Origin: an uncultured Candidatus Saccharibacteria bacterium
Lineage (GTDB): Bacteria > Patescibacteriota > WWE3 > UBA101185 > UBA10185
Direction: 5' to 3'
NCBI GenBank assembly: GCA_964387275.1
Contig: CAYLVW010000001.1
Span: 227,436-291,435 of the forward strand
DNA length: 64,000 nt
The stretch's first letter is position 1. Every line of letters begins with the position of its first letter. The position numbers and the translations under genes are program-made. This document shows, in pieces, positions 38,023 to 48,039 of the stretch. The notes below the pieces were generated by a model. That model made no database searches. It saw only the letters and a program-made list of their open reading frames with translations, and was not told where the DNA came from.

Positions 38023-39279
38023 ATGTCCAAAGAAAAAATTATAACCGGAATCGACATAGGGTCAAACAAGATAAGTACAGCTGTAGCTTCAGTATCGGAT
38101 AACAAGGTATCTATAATCGGGGTATCAGGTTTTGTTCAATCTAAAGGGATAAGTAAGGGGTCAATTAATGATATTGATAGTGCCGTTGAAGCAATTTCTG
38201 CAAGTATAGAAAAAGCAGAAAGAATGGCTGGAGTTTCAATTTCATCTGCTTTTATTACAGTTGGTGGTAGTCATATAGAAACTTTAAACTCTCATGGAGT
38301 TGTAGCAGTTACCCCAAATAAAAGCTCTGAGATAACAACTTTAGATGTTGCGAGGGTTACTGAAGCAGCTCAGGCGGTCTCACTTCCTTCTTCTAGGGAG
38401 ATAATCCATGTAATACCTAGGGATTTTATAATTGACTCTCAAGATGGTATTAAAGATCCTGTAGGTATGTCTGGTGTTCGTTTAGAGGTCGAGACAAACA
38501 TTATCCACGGTCTTAGTGCACCTATAAAAAATCTTGTAAGATGTGTACAACAGGTGGGTGTTAGTGTTGAAGATTTAATCTATACGGCTTTTGCGTCCTC
38601 AGAAGCTGTTTTGAATGATACTGAGAAAGAACTTGGTACACTACTTGTAGATATTGGCGGCGGTACCACCTCTCTTATAGCTTTTTTGGATGGGAGCCCT
38701 ATTTATTCTGCTGTGTTACCTATTGGAGGAAGGCATGTCACCAATGATCTAGCAGTTGGTCTTAGAGTTGGGTTAGACGTTGCTGAAAAAATTAAGATAA
38801 AGTTGAGCAACGAACGTCCCAATTTTTCAATAGCAGAAAAGGGTAAGATGAGTGAGAATTTTGATGTTTCAGAATTTGGGGTTGATAGTGATGCCATTCC
38901 ACGCAGATATTTATATGAAATTATTGACGCAAGATTAACAGAAATTTTCAAGTTAGTATCCTTAGAGTTGGCAAAAGCTAATTTGGTGGGTAAATTGCCT
39001 GCCGGTCTTGTTATAACCGGGGGCGGTGCTATGACTTCTGGTCTTGAAAAAGTTGCAAAAAATAACTTAAAAATGCCCGTACGCACTGGTTATCCAAAAG
39101 GTGTTACCGGTTTAATTGATGAGATACAAGGGCCTGAATATTCAGGTACTATTGGATCCATTTTATACGGAGCCAATTTACTTAAGAGCGGTTTTGCGCT
39201 ATCTTATGATAAAGGTGGTTCCGGACCTAAATTACAAATCGGTAAAATATTTGAAAAATTAAAATCTTTCCTGCCCTAA
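38023..39279 (+). CDS. ftsA: Cell division protein FtsA (actin-like ATPase)
   Basis: ITGIDIGSNKISTAV phosphate-1 loop, LVDIGGGTTS phosphate-2 loop and VITGGGA adenosine motif. Confidence 0.85.
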   Translation: MSKEKIITGIDIGSNKISTAVASVSDNKVSIIGVSGFVQSKGISKGSINDIDSAVEAISASIEKAERMAGVSISSAFITVGGSHIETLNSHGVVAVTPNKSSEITTLDVARVTEAAQAVSLPSSREIIHVIPRDFIIDSQDGIKDPVGMSGVRLEVETNIIHGLSAPIKNLVRCVQQVGVSVEDLIYTAFASSEAVLNDTEKELGTLLVDIGGGTTSLIAFLDGSPIYSAVLPIGGRHVTNDLAVGLRVGLDVAEKIKIKLSNERPNFSIAEKGKMSENFDVSEFGVDSDAIPRRYLYEIIDARLTEIFKLVSLELAKANLVGKLPAGLVITGGGAMTSGLEKVAKNNLKMPVRTGYPKGVTGLIDEIQGPEYSGTIGSILYGANLLKSGFALSYDKGGSGPKLQIGKIFEKLKSFLP

Positions 39280-39410
39280 AAATTATTTTGTGTTTTTTAC
39301 ACAAATTATTTGTTTATAGTCTAAAGTATTTGTTTAGATCCTTTTGACTTTCGTCATAAATAACTGACAAAAGCAATTTGGACGTGACGGACAGACCGTT
39401 CAAAGGAGAT

Positions 39411-39436
39411 ATACAAACAAACTGATTTGTTTGTAT
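39411..39436. promoter_or_regulatory. Perfect 11-bp inverted repeat (ATACAAACAAA-CTGA-TTTGTTTGTAT) in the ftsZ 5' leader, 13 nt before the start codon
   Basis: Read directly from the sequence. It lies between an AAGGAGAT element (39402-39409) and the ftsZ ATG (39449). Confidence 0.4.
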
Positions 39437-39448
39437 TGAATAAAGCAG

Positions 39449-40669
39449 ATGTATATAAAACCTGAGATAGAAAGATTCGCAAAAATTAGAGTAGTTGGCG
39501 TAGGCGGTGCGGGGTGTAATGTGTTAAACACAATGATTTCCTCAAAGCAGATTCAGGGTGTTGAATTTATTGCTGTTAACACAGATGCTCAGGCACTTTC
39601 TGTAAATCAAGCTTTTGTAAAATTACCGATTGGCCAGGAGCTAACTCATGGTTTGGGGGCTGGATCTAATCCTGATGTTGGTAAGAAAGCAGCTGAGGAA
39701 AGTTTGGAGACCATTAAATCCAATTTAGAAGGTTCTGACATGGTTTTTATTACATCAGGTATGGGTGGGGGTACAGGTACAGGGGCCTCTCCTGTAATTG
39801 CTGCGTTAGCAAAGAAAATGGGCGCATTAACTATTGGCGTTGTAACTAAACCTTTTTCTTTTGAAGGTTCCAAGAGAATGAGAAATGCGGAGAAGGGTAT
39901 AGATGAGCTTAAAAAGGAAGTTGATGCCTTGATAGTTATACCAAACAACAAGTTACTTGAGATATCCGACGAGAAGATGTCTATGATTGATGCTTTTAGG
40001 CTTTCTGATAGCGTATTAAACCAAGGTGTTCAAGGTATATCTGATTTGATTGTTATGCCAGGTCTAGTAAATGTAGATTTTGCAGATGTTAGAACTATTA
40101 TGAAGGATTCTGGATCTGCTCTGATGGGTATAGGTATTGGTACTGGTGAGGGAAGAGCTGAAAAAGCTGCCCAAGATGCAATATCCTCTCCTCTATTAGA
40201 ACTTTCAATTGAAGGAGCTACCGGCATACTATTTAATATCGTTGGAGGCGCAAATTTGACGATGAAGGAGATTGACAGAGCTGCAGGGATTATCACTTCG
40301 GCTGCTTCACCAGATGCTAATGTTATTTTTGGTACGACTATAGACGAATCCTTAACAGATCAAATCAAGATCACTGTTATTGCAACAGGTTTCGACGATG
40401 ATGTTAAATCCAGGCTTGGCTTTAATGTTGATGCCAGAAGGCACAATGCACCTGTACAAACTACTTCTCCTGTAGCTCAGACTATATCCACTGAATTTTT
40501 AAAAGGTGAGGAGCTTACACCCGAACCTTTTAAGCATACCGATGATATGACAGGAAAAAAAGACGATAAAGACAGTAAAGGTCCTTTTAAGAACAATACT
40601 GGTAGTGGAGAAGGAGATTCAAATCCTGATTCCATTTATGATATTCCCGCTTTTCTCAGAAGAGATTAG
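39449..40669 (+). CDS. ftsZ: Cell division GTPase FtsZ
   Basis: [15 protein letters not shown] and tubulin signature [16 protein letters not shown], with an acidic/Gly-rich C-terminal tail ending DIPAFLRRD. Confidence 0.9.
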   Translation: MYIKPEIERFAKIRVVGVGGAGCNVLNTMISSKQIQGVEFIAVNTDAQALSVNQAFVKLPIGQELTHGLGAGSNPDVGKKAAEESLETIKSNLEGSDMVFITSGMGGGTGTGASPVIAALAKKMGALTIGVVTKPFSFEGSKRMRNAEKGIDELKKEVDALIVIPNNKLLEISDEKMSMIDAFRLSDSVLNQGVQGISDLIVMPGLVNVDFADVRTIMKDSGSALMGIGIGTGEGRAEKAAQDAISSPLLELSIEGATGILFNIVGGANLTMKEIDRAAGIITSAASPDANVIFGTTIDESLTDQIKITVIATGFDDDVKSRLGFNVDARRHNAPVQTTSPVAQTISTEFLKGEELTPEPFKHTDDMTGKKDDKDSKGPFKNNTGSGEGDSNPDSIYDIPAFLRRD

Positions 40670-41050
40670 AAGTTTTTTCTACTTGCTTATTTTTGTAAGT
40701 AAGCCCAAGTCGCTATACTTTTCGTTCGTTTTTTTGAAGTAAGATTTATTCTTACAATATAGGGCTTGGGTTTTCAGGAGTTGAGGTTCTATTGTTATAC
40801 ATACGAAGGATGAGTTTTCTGCTTTTGCTTACGTAAACTCCTTTACTTAACACACTAACCTTATTGTCTGCTAATAAATTTTGTGTTTTGATAAAAATCA
40901 CAACGTAAATATTTAAAAGTTTTGTGGGCCACCAATTTTTTTATCGTAGTCAGGTAGGATAATGCTCAATCCTATACAGGGTACGATAGAGTTGATAACA
41001 ACTCCAACAGGCAGTGAAAGGTTGTTGCCTCATAAAATTTTCCCTGCACC

Positions 41051-43567
41051 ATGAACTGGTCAAATGTAGGAGGTTCTAGCACCTCTGAAACTTCTAAAGT
41101 TGCGGATACTACCGCAAATGTTTCTACGTCTCCAATTAAGCATCAAAAAAATCAAACTATCGAATTGTCGGAAAACTCTAGGAAAATCCTTGAAAAAAGG
41201 TATTTGAGGAGAGATGAAAAGGGTGCCCCTGCAGAAACAGTCGAGGGGATGTTTGATAGGATTGCAAAAACTATGGCAGAACCTGATAAGGGTTATAGAG
41301 ATACCGAGATTTCTGAGATAGAATACTACAACTTACTTTCTCAGAAAAAATTTTTTCCTAATTCACCAACATTTACTGGAGCCGGTACACCGCTAGGGCA
41401 GCTGGCTGCATGTTTTGTTCTTCCAGTTGCTGATGATCTTGGTAAAAGATCTGATGGTATTTTTTCAACACTTCGGGTTGCTGCTCTAATTCAGCAAGTT
41501 GGTGGTGGTAACGGCTTTTCTTTTTCTGATCTTAGGCCAAAAAATTCCAGAGTAGAGAGTAGCAATGGTAAGGCAACAGGTCCAGTAGGCTTTATGAAAG
41601 TTTATGATAGTGCATTTGGGGAGGTAGCTCAGGGTGGGGTTAGAAGAGGAGCTAATATGGGTGTATTACAAGTAGATCACCCAGATATAAGGGAGTTTAT
41701 TCAATGTAAGGCTGAAGAAGGTCAAGTTTCTAACTTTAATATTTCTGTTGCAATTACTGACAAATTTATGAAGGCGGTAATTGATGATACAACTTACGAT
41801 TTAGTAGACCCACATACAAAAAGAGTTACAGAATCCCCAAGAGCACGAGAGATATTTGAGATGATAGTAGAGTACGCTTACAGAAATGGAGAACCAGGAG
41901 CTTTGTTTATAGATGCTGCCAACAGACAGAACCCTGTTCCTCATCTTTACGATTTAAAAGCAACAAATCCCTGTGGAGAGCAGTGGCTAGGGCCTTATGA
42001 GAACTGTTGTTTAGGTTCTATTAATCTACTTCAAAATATTGATTCAAATGGAAACTTAGATTGGGAACAGTTTAGGGAGTCCATAGAGCTTTCAACTAGG
42101 TTTTTGGACAATGTTGTTACAGCTAATAAATACGTACCTGCTGTTCCAGAGCTTAGGCAAGCTGCAGAAAATGTTCGTAGGATTGGGTTAGGCTTAATGG
42201 GTCTTGCTGATGTAATGTATTCGATGGGAATTAGATACGGAAGTGATGAAGGTCAGGAATTTGCAGCTCAGGTTTCTGAGTTTATGAGATATCACTCTAT
42301 GAAGACTTCAATTCAGCTAGCGAAAGAAAGGGGGCCTTTCTTAAAAATAGAAGGCAGTATATACGATCCTAAGAATTTGAAGTTTGAGGTGCCAAAGCCC
42401 TTGAAACCTTACACAAGGAATTGGGGGCGACCCTCACTTAATTGGAATGAGATTGTAGACGGAATTAAATCTTATGGTATTAGAAACGGCGCCCAAACTA
42501 CGATTGCACCAACAGGAACTATTTCTACAGTTGCTGGTGTGGAAGGCTACGGATGTGAACCAGTTTTTGCTTTAGCTTATCTACGTAATGTTTACCAAGC
42601 TGCAGGAGATTCTGGTAAGTTAACGTTAACCTACGTGTCTCCATTATTTGAGAAGGCTTTGGATAAGTTGAATTTAAGTGCTGATATAAAGAAGAAAGTA
42701 TTAGATGAGGTTTTGGATAAAGGTACATGTCAACATATTGAAGAAATCCCCGAAGAGATTAGAAGAGTTTTTGTTGTATCTTCGGATGTTAGTGCAGAAG
42801 AACACATCATGATGCAAGCTTCTATCCAAGCATTTATTGATAACTCGATTTCTAAAACTTGTAATTTTCCTTCAACCGCTACTAAAGAAGATGTCGCTAA
42901 CGCTTACATACTTGGTTGGCAGAATGGTTGCAAGGGTCTTACGGTTTATGTAACAGGTTCTAGGCAAGAAGTTGTGTTGGAGACAAAGGAAACAAAAGCC
43001 AAGAAGGAAGGAGTTCCTGCTGAAGTTACAGTTAAGGTCGATGGATCTATTGTTGCTAATAGAGATTTACAGCAAAGTAGGGGTTACAAGCTTGCAGGAA
43101 CTACTTACAAAGTCGATACTCCCCAGGGTAAAGCGTTTATTACTGTGAATAAAGACTCTGATGGATCTCCTCTTGAGGTATTTGCAAGTGTTGGTAAGGC
43201 CGGTAGTGATGTTGCTGCTTTGTCAGAAGCATTAGGCAGACTTATTTCAGGTTGGCTTAGGTCTTCCAGTAACCCAGCAAAAACAGTCTACGAAATTGTT
43301 GTACAGCTAATTGGGATTGGTGGTGCTAGATCAGTTGGTTTTGGTGCTAAGAGGGTAAGTTCTATACCAGATGCTGTTGCTCAAGTTCTTGCTGAGGAGT
43401 TTGATATTAGAGTTCGTTCTAATGGTCAGAATAAAGTTGAAGAACAAAAAAAGACTGTTACAGCAGCAACCAGCCACACTAATATGTGTCCTGAGTGTGG
43501 TAATTCTTCTTTAGTTTTGGAAGAGGGTTGTGCAAAGTGTTACGATTGCGGTTACTCAGTCTGTTAG
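41051..43567 (+). CDS. nrdJ: Ribonucleoside-diphosphate/triphosphate reductase, class II (adenosylcobalamin-dependent, NrdJ)
   Basis: Class II RNR motifs TNPCGEQWL and NCCLGSINL, a 10-stranded barrel core, and a C-terminal Cys4 zinc ribbon CPECGNSS...[12 protein letters not shown]. Confidence 0.85.
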   Translation: MNWSNVGGSSTSETSKVADTTANVSTSPIKHQKNQTIELSENSRKILEKRYLRRDEKGAPAETVEGMFDRIAKTMAEPDKGYRDTEISEIEYYNLLSQKKFFPNSPTFTGAGTPLGQLAACFVLPVADDLGKRSDGIFSTLRVAALIQQVGGGNGFSFSDLRPKNSRVESSNGKATGPVGFMKVYDSAFGEVAQGGVRRGANMGVLQVDHPDIREFIQCKAEEGQVSNFNISVAITDKFMKAVIDDTTYDLVDPHTKRVTESPRAREIFEMIVEYAYRNGEPGALFIDAANRQNPVPHLYDLKATNPCGEQWLGPYENCCLGSINLLQNIDSNGNLDWEQFRESIELSTRFLDNVVTANKYVPAVPELRQAAENVRRIGLGLMGLADVMYSMGIRYGSDEGQEFAAQVSEFMRYHSMKTSIQLAKERGPFLKIEGSIYDPKNLKFEVPKPLKPYTRNWGRPSLNWNEIVDGIKSYGIRNGAQTTIAPTGTISTVAGVEGYGCEPVFALAYLRNVYQAAGDSGKLTLTYVSPLFEKALDKLNLSADIKKKVLDEVLDKGTCQHIEEIPEEIRRVFVVSSDVSAEEHIMMQASIQAFIDNSISKTCNFPSTATKEDVANAYILGWQNGCKGLTVYVTGSRQEVVLETKETKAKKEGVPAEVTVKVDGSIVANRDLQQSRGYKLAGTTYKVDTPQGKAFITVNKDSDGSPLEVFASVGKAGSDVAALSEALGRLISGWLRSSSNPAKTVYEIVVQLIGIGGARSVGFGAKRVSSIPDAVAQVLAEEFDIRVRSNGQNKVEEQKKTVTAATSHTNMCPECGNSSLVLEEGCAKCYDCGYSVC

Positions 43568-43589
43568 TTTAGTGTGTTGTTTTGGTTGT

Positions 43590-43644
43590 GAGGATTTAGT
43601 TTGGGGCGGGGCTGCTGTAAAACAGCAGCCCCGCCTAAATCCTC
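43590..43644 (+). terminator. Long GC-rich hairpin downstream of nrdJ (GAGGATTTAG[TTTGGG]GCGGGGCTGCTG-TAAAA-CAGCAGCCCCGCCTAAATCCTC)
   Basis: About 22 bp of stem with one 6-nt bulge, lying 23 nt after the nrdJ stop. There is no U-tract. Confidence 0.5.
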
Positions 43645-43689
43645 AGCCATAAATAAAAACTACATCCTACAAAAAACATGTAGTCCAAA

Positions 43690-44256
43690 ATGAAAATATA
43701 TACAAAAACCGGTGACAAAGGTCAAACATCTCTAATAGGAGGTATCAGAAAATCAAAAAAAGATCAGTTATTTGAAATATTGGGAGGTCTGGACGAGTTA
43801 AATTCGAGCATTTCTTTATTTAAAGAAAGTATTTTGGCAATAAAAAGCCACGACACTAACACAAGAACCATAATTAAAGAATTAATTATTACCCAAAATG
43901 TATTATTTGAGATAGGTGCGTTTGTAGCAAATCCAAAACAAAAAATAGCAACCACAGAATACTTGCTTGAACTTGTCTCAAGTTTAGAGTTAACAGTAGA
44001 CAACTTAGATCAAGAACTTCCAGAACTTAAAAACTTCATATTACCAGGAGGTAGCATGTCTTCTGCCTATGGACATTACTCTAGATCAGTATGTAGACGT
44101 GTAGAACGTGCCGTAGTTAGATATAGACCTTCTAAAAGTAGTAGATATAAGCATATAATAATTTATATAAATAGGTTATCCGACTTTCTATTTGTATGTG
44201 CCAGATACTGTAATTTTGTTTTAAGGAGAAAGGATGTTTTATGGGTAAAGGTCTAG
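43690..44256 (+). CDS. ATP:cob(I)alamin adenosyltransferase, PduO-type
   Basis: The N-terminus MKIYTKTGDKGQTSLIGG is the hallmark of the PduO/MMAB family; its length (188 aa) is typical. Confidence 0.8.
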   Translation: MKIYTKTGDKGQTSLIGGIRKSKKDQLFEILGGLDELNSSISLFKESILAIKSHDTNTRTIIKELIITQNVLFEIGAFVANPKQKIATTEYLLELVSSLELTVDNLDQELPELKNFILPGGSMSSAYGHYSRSVCRRVERAVVRYRPSKSSRYKHIIIYINRLSDFLFVCARYCNFVLRRKDVLWVKV

Positions 44257-44408
44257 ATTACAAATACTTACTTCTTTTTGTTACTCTCTTGATAGTGGGA
44301 TCTTTCTTATTGTTTTATATGGCAATTAGAGCATACAACGCTGACAAATACCTTGCGTCTGATGAATACAAAGATAAAAATCCTGAAAATTTAATTCTTA
44401 GTAAGTAG
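44241..44408 (+). CDS. Possible small membrane protein (55 aa) below the ORF-track size cut-off
   Basis: An ATG 12 nt after an AGGAGA element. It has one predicted TM helix (LLLFVTLLIVGSFLLFYMAI) and overlaps the 3' end of the adenosyltransferase gene in another frame. Confidence 0.25.
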   Translation: MGKGLDYKYLLLFVTLLIVGSFLLFYMAIRAYNADKYLASDEYKDKNPENLILSK

Positions 44409-44444
44409 CTTTATATTTTTACTTAATTTTAGTATGATACACCC

Positions 44445-47363
44445 ATGTTTAAAGAGATAAATTCTTCCCCGAATTTTCCGGAAATGGAGAAAAAAACTAA
44501 CGATTTTTGGAACAAGCTTAAAATTGTTGAGAAAGTACGAGCTTTAAGAAATACTGACAAGGTAGGTGAGAAAGTATATTACGATGGTCCTATAACAGCA
44601 AATGGAATGCCTCACTATGGTCATGCGATTACATGGACCTTAAAAGATGTTGTGCCTAGGTATTGGAGTATGTTGGGATACCAGGTACTTAGAAATATGG
44701 GCTGGGATTGCCAGGGAATACCAGTTGAGTACGAAGTTGAGAAAGAGTTAAAGTTTGAAAAAAAGGAAGATATAGAGGCATTTGGGGTTGAAAAATTTAA
44801 CCAGCTATGCAGAGAATCTGTTTTAAAACACCAGAAAGTTATGTTTGAGTATGAAACTCGCATTGGTAGGTGGTTTGATAACAAAGAAATTTATGCAACT
44901 ATGGACCCAACTTACATAGAAAGTATTTGGTGGTCACTAAAAGAGCTTTATACAAAGGGTTTGTTATATGAGGGACATAAAGTTGTAGCTTATTCCACAA
45001 GAGCAGGTACGACCTTATCCACTCATGAAGTAAGTGAGGGTGGCTACAAGGAGATAGAGGATCCTTGGATAACAGTAAGGTTTCCATTAGTTTCTACTGA
45101 AAAATTTTCAAAATATCTTCCTAATGGTGTTGCTAAGACATTTATTTTAGCTTGGACTACTACGCCTTGGACAATACCAGGTAATCTAATGCTTGCCGTT
45201 GGAGTTTCCATACAGTATGTAATGGTTGTGTGCGAAGGCAGTGCCTATATTGTTGCCAAAGAAAGACTAGAGGCAGTTTTTGAGGGTAAAACTTATACAA
45301 CAGTAGCAGAAATCTCCTCCTCCGATTTGCTTGGGTTGGAATACTCCCAACCTTTTAAACATTATGAATCAAAAAGAAGCGAGGGATGTTTTAGAATAAT
45401 CTCAGCTTCTCACACTAATACAGAAGATGGTACTGGTATAGTTCACCTGGCCCCCTATGGTGCTGAAGACTTTGAAGTTTTTATGGAGAGGGGGATTAAG
45501 ATTTTTGATTATCTGGATGAGAGCACAAACTTTACCAAAGACATACCAGAATATTCAGGTTTGTTTTATAAACAAGCCAATAAGAAAATTATCGCTGATC
45601 TACAAAATAAAGGCTTGCTATTTTCCCATGGTACCGTAGTGCACAGGATGCCAATGTGCTGGAGAACAGGGACACCACTAATATATAAACCTGTTAAGAG
45701 CTGGTATGTGGCAGTTTCTAAACTAAAAGATAAATTGAAAGAACAAAATCAGTCACTTAACTGGTACCCAGAGCATCTAAAAAATGGTAATGCTGGTATT
45801 TGGATAAACAATGCTAGGGACTGGGCAATATCCAGATCTAGGTACTGGGGTACTCCTCTTCCGGTTTGGGTTAATGACAAGACCGGAGATATATTAGTGA
45901 TAGGTTCTTTTAAAGAGCTTCAAGATTTATCTGGTGTTTTGTTAAGTGATCCTCACAAGCCGTTTGTAGACGACATTACTTGGGAAGACAAGGCAAAAGG
46001 CGGTACTTTCAGAAGAATCAAAGATGTAATTGATGTTTGGTACGACTCAGGATCTATGCCCTTTGCTAGGTTGCACTATCCTTTTGAAAACAAAGACAAG
46101 TTTGAAGAATCATTTCCAGCTGAGTACATTGCCGAGGGCCCAGATCAAGTGAGACTATGGTTTTATGTAATGCACGTTCTTGGGGTTGCTTTATTTGATA
46201 AAGTACCATATAAAAACGTAGTTACGATAGGTACTATGCTAGATGAGCACGGGAAGAAACTATCTAAAAGTAAGAAAAATTATAAGCCAATGGATGAGGT
46301 TTTAGATGTTTATGGTGGGGATGTTTTAAGATATTTTATTCTTAACTCCTCCATAGTAAGTGGTACTGATAGTATCTTTTCTGAAAAATATCTAATTGAA
46401 GCAAGGAAAGAATTTTTCTTAATACTTTGGAACTCTCTTAAGTATTTTGTATCTTATGCTAATATTCACAATTTTGTACCCTCTAGTGACTATCCAGAAT
46501 TAAACGAGGTTAATGATTATTACTTGCTTGATAAATGGTTATTAGCTAAGTTTAAGGTTTTGCAGTCAGAAGTACTTAGCAGTATGAGTAGATATGATAT
46601 TTTAAATGCAGCAAGACAGTTTGGTCCATTTATAACAGACTTATCCACCTGGTATATTAGACGTTCTAGGGATAGGATAAAAGAAGGGGACCTAGACTCC
46701 CTTAAATCACTGTACTTTGTATTTTCAGAGCTATCAAAGCTCTTGTCCCCATTTCTACCTTTCCTTAGCGAAGAAATATATCAAACCCTAAATCTACCTA
46801 AAACAACCGGAAAAGACTCAGTACACCTAGACAAGTTTGGATCAATACCAGATCTTACCAATGAAGATCAACAACTACTCCTACAAATGGAAACAACCAG
46901 AAAAATCGTGTCTCTAGCACTTTCCATAAGAGTAACCGAAGGGGTAAAAATACGACAACCCTTAAGTGACCTTGTTGTAGTATTCAAAAACAAAGACTTA
47001 GCAGAAAACTTTATTTCTAGACTCATAAATGATGAAGTCAATATCAAAACAATAGGTACAGTTTTACCATCTGACCTCTCTTCTTACAAAATGGCAGAAG
47101 ATACAGACTTTGTATTATATCTAAATACAGATATAACCGACGAGCTAAAACTTGAAGGAGACGCAAGAGATTTAGTTAGAAAGGTACAGGAAATGCGTAA
47201 GGAAAGTAATTTAGCTGTTGAAACCAAAATAGATTTAGTTCTTCCACAATCTCCAAAAAACAAACTTTTAATTGAGAATTTTAGAGATTATCTACTTGCC
47301 AAAACACAGGCTAAAACATTAGATATTTCTGATGAAGTTAATGATATAGTTATTAAATGCTAG
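44445..47363 (+). CDS. ileS: Isoleucine--tRNA ligase
   Basis: Class I HIGH (PHYGHA) and KMSKS (KLSKSKKN) motifs, with the IleRS-type GWDCQGIPVE segment. 972 aa, with no C-terminal zinc finger (type 2-like). Confidence 0.7.
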   Translation: MFKEINSSPNFPEMEKKTNDFWNKLKIVEKVRALRNTDKVGEKVYYDGPITANGMPHYGHAITWTLKDVVPRYWSMLGYQVLRNMGWDCQGIPVEYEVEKELKFEKKEDIEAFGVEKFNQLCRESVLKHQKVMFEYETRIGRWFDNKEIYATMDPTYIESIWWSLKELYTKGLLYEGHKVVAYSTRAGTTLSTHEVSEGGYKEIEDPWITVRFPLVSTEKFSKYLPNGVAKTFILAWTTTPWTIPGNLMLAVGVSIQYVMVVCEGSAYIVAKERLEAVFEGKTYTTVAEISSSDLLGLEYSQPFKHYESKRSEGCFRIISASHTNTEDGTGIVHLAPYGAEDFEVFMERGIKIFDYLDESTNFTKDIPEYSGLFYKQANKKIIADLQNKGLLFSHGTVVHRMPMCWRTGTPLIYKPVKSWYVAVSKLKDKLKEQNQSLNWYPEHLKNGNAGIWINNARDWAISRSRYWGTPLPVWVNDKTGDILVIGSFKELQDLSGVLLSDPHKPFVDDITWEDKAKGGTFRRIKDVIDVWYDSGSMPFARLHYPFENKDKFEESFPAEYIAEGPDQVRLWFYVMHVLGVALFDKVPYKNVVTIGTMLDEHGKKLSKSKKNYKPMDEVLDVYGGDVLRYFILNSSIVSGTDSIFSEKYLIEARKEFFLILWNSLKYFVSYANIHNFVPSSDYPELNEVNDYYLLDKWLLAKFKVLQSEVLSSMSRYDILNAARQFGPFITDLSTWYIRRSRDRIKEGDLDSLKSLYFVFSELSKLLSPFLPFLSEEIYQTLNLPKTTGKDSVHLDKFGSIPDLTNEDQQLLLQMETTRKIVSLALSIRVTEGVKIRQPLSDLVVVFKNKDLAENFISRLINDEVNIKTIGTVLPSDLSSYKMAEDTDFVLYLNTDITDELKLEGDARDLVRKVQEMRKESNLAVETKIDLVLPQSPKNKLLIENFRDYLLAKTQAKTLDISDEVNDIVIKC

Positions 47364-47980
47364 AACAACACACTTATTCTGGATATAGACCTGACGAGCC
47401 TGCAGATTTTAAGCGTTCTGAGGTAATATCTCCTGCTGTTTCTGATTACTGTGATTGGTTATTGCAAGAAATATCAGATACAGCGTCACCAGAGCGTAAT
47501 TTTGTAGCAATGGGTAAAGTTCTTGATACCATAAGGTTTTCAGAAGAGACCCCTCCGTCTCTAGAAGGAGGTTCTGAGGTAGAGCGTGAAGAGGCCAGGA
47601 TGAGGATAAATACTATAAACGCTTTAGAAAAAGTAGTAACTAATCACGCTTCTAGTCTCACTCTTGCCGAAATTCAAGATACTACTTTTGCATTAGATTC
47701 ACTAACTCAGCTTCACAGAGATTTTCTACTTAGAATTCTTCAAAACGCAGCTGACGATAATCCAAAAGCATTAGAGTTTTTCCACTTACATCCAGGAGAT
47801 GGGGAAAAAGTTAACGTTTTGGAGGAAATTACAAAAATATCTGAGCTTTTAGAATATCCCGGTACAGGTTATGTAAAACCTAGAGATCTTGAAGCTTTAT
47901 TGTTCGACTACAAGGACATAACATCTGCCCGTAACGGTTTTTTGTTGATTTCTAGATCACACAAAGCCTTTACTAATTAA
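47357..47980 (+). CDS. Hypothetical protein (207 aa)
   Basis: ORF overlapping the ileS stop by 7 nt. No recognisable domain, and its GC content is slightly above the local average. Confidence 0.45.
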   Translation: MLEQHTYSGYRPDEPADFKRSEVISPAVSDYCDWLLQEISDTASPERNFVAMGKVLDTIRFSEETPPSLEGGSEVEREEARMRINTINALEKVVTNHASSLTLAEIQDTTFALDSLTQLHRDFLLRILQNAADDNPKALEFFHLHPGDGEKVNVLEEITKISELLEYPGTGYVKPRDLEALLFDYKDITSARNGFLLISRSHKAFTN

Positions 47981-48039
47981 GTTTTTTGAAAACCCCGCAC
48001 TGCTCCTGCTTAGTTTTTTTTGTGTCTAAAGATTTAATG

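Noticed and set aside
40670-41050. Cobalamin riboswitch upstream of the B12-dependent RNR
   Set aside because: I could not find the B12-box consensus or the conserved GGUGCC/GGGAA core. In addition, B12 riboswitches normally precede B12-independent RNRs, not nrdJ. I leave it as an unclassified structured leader.
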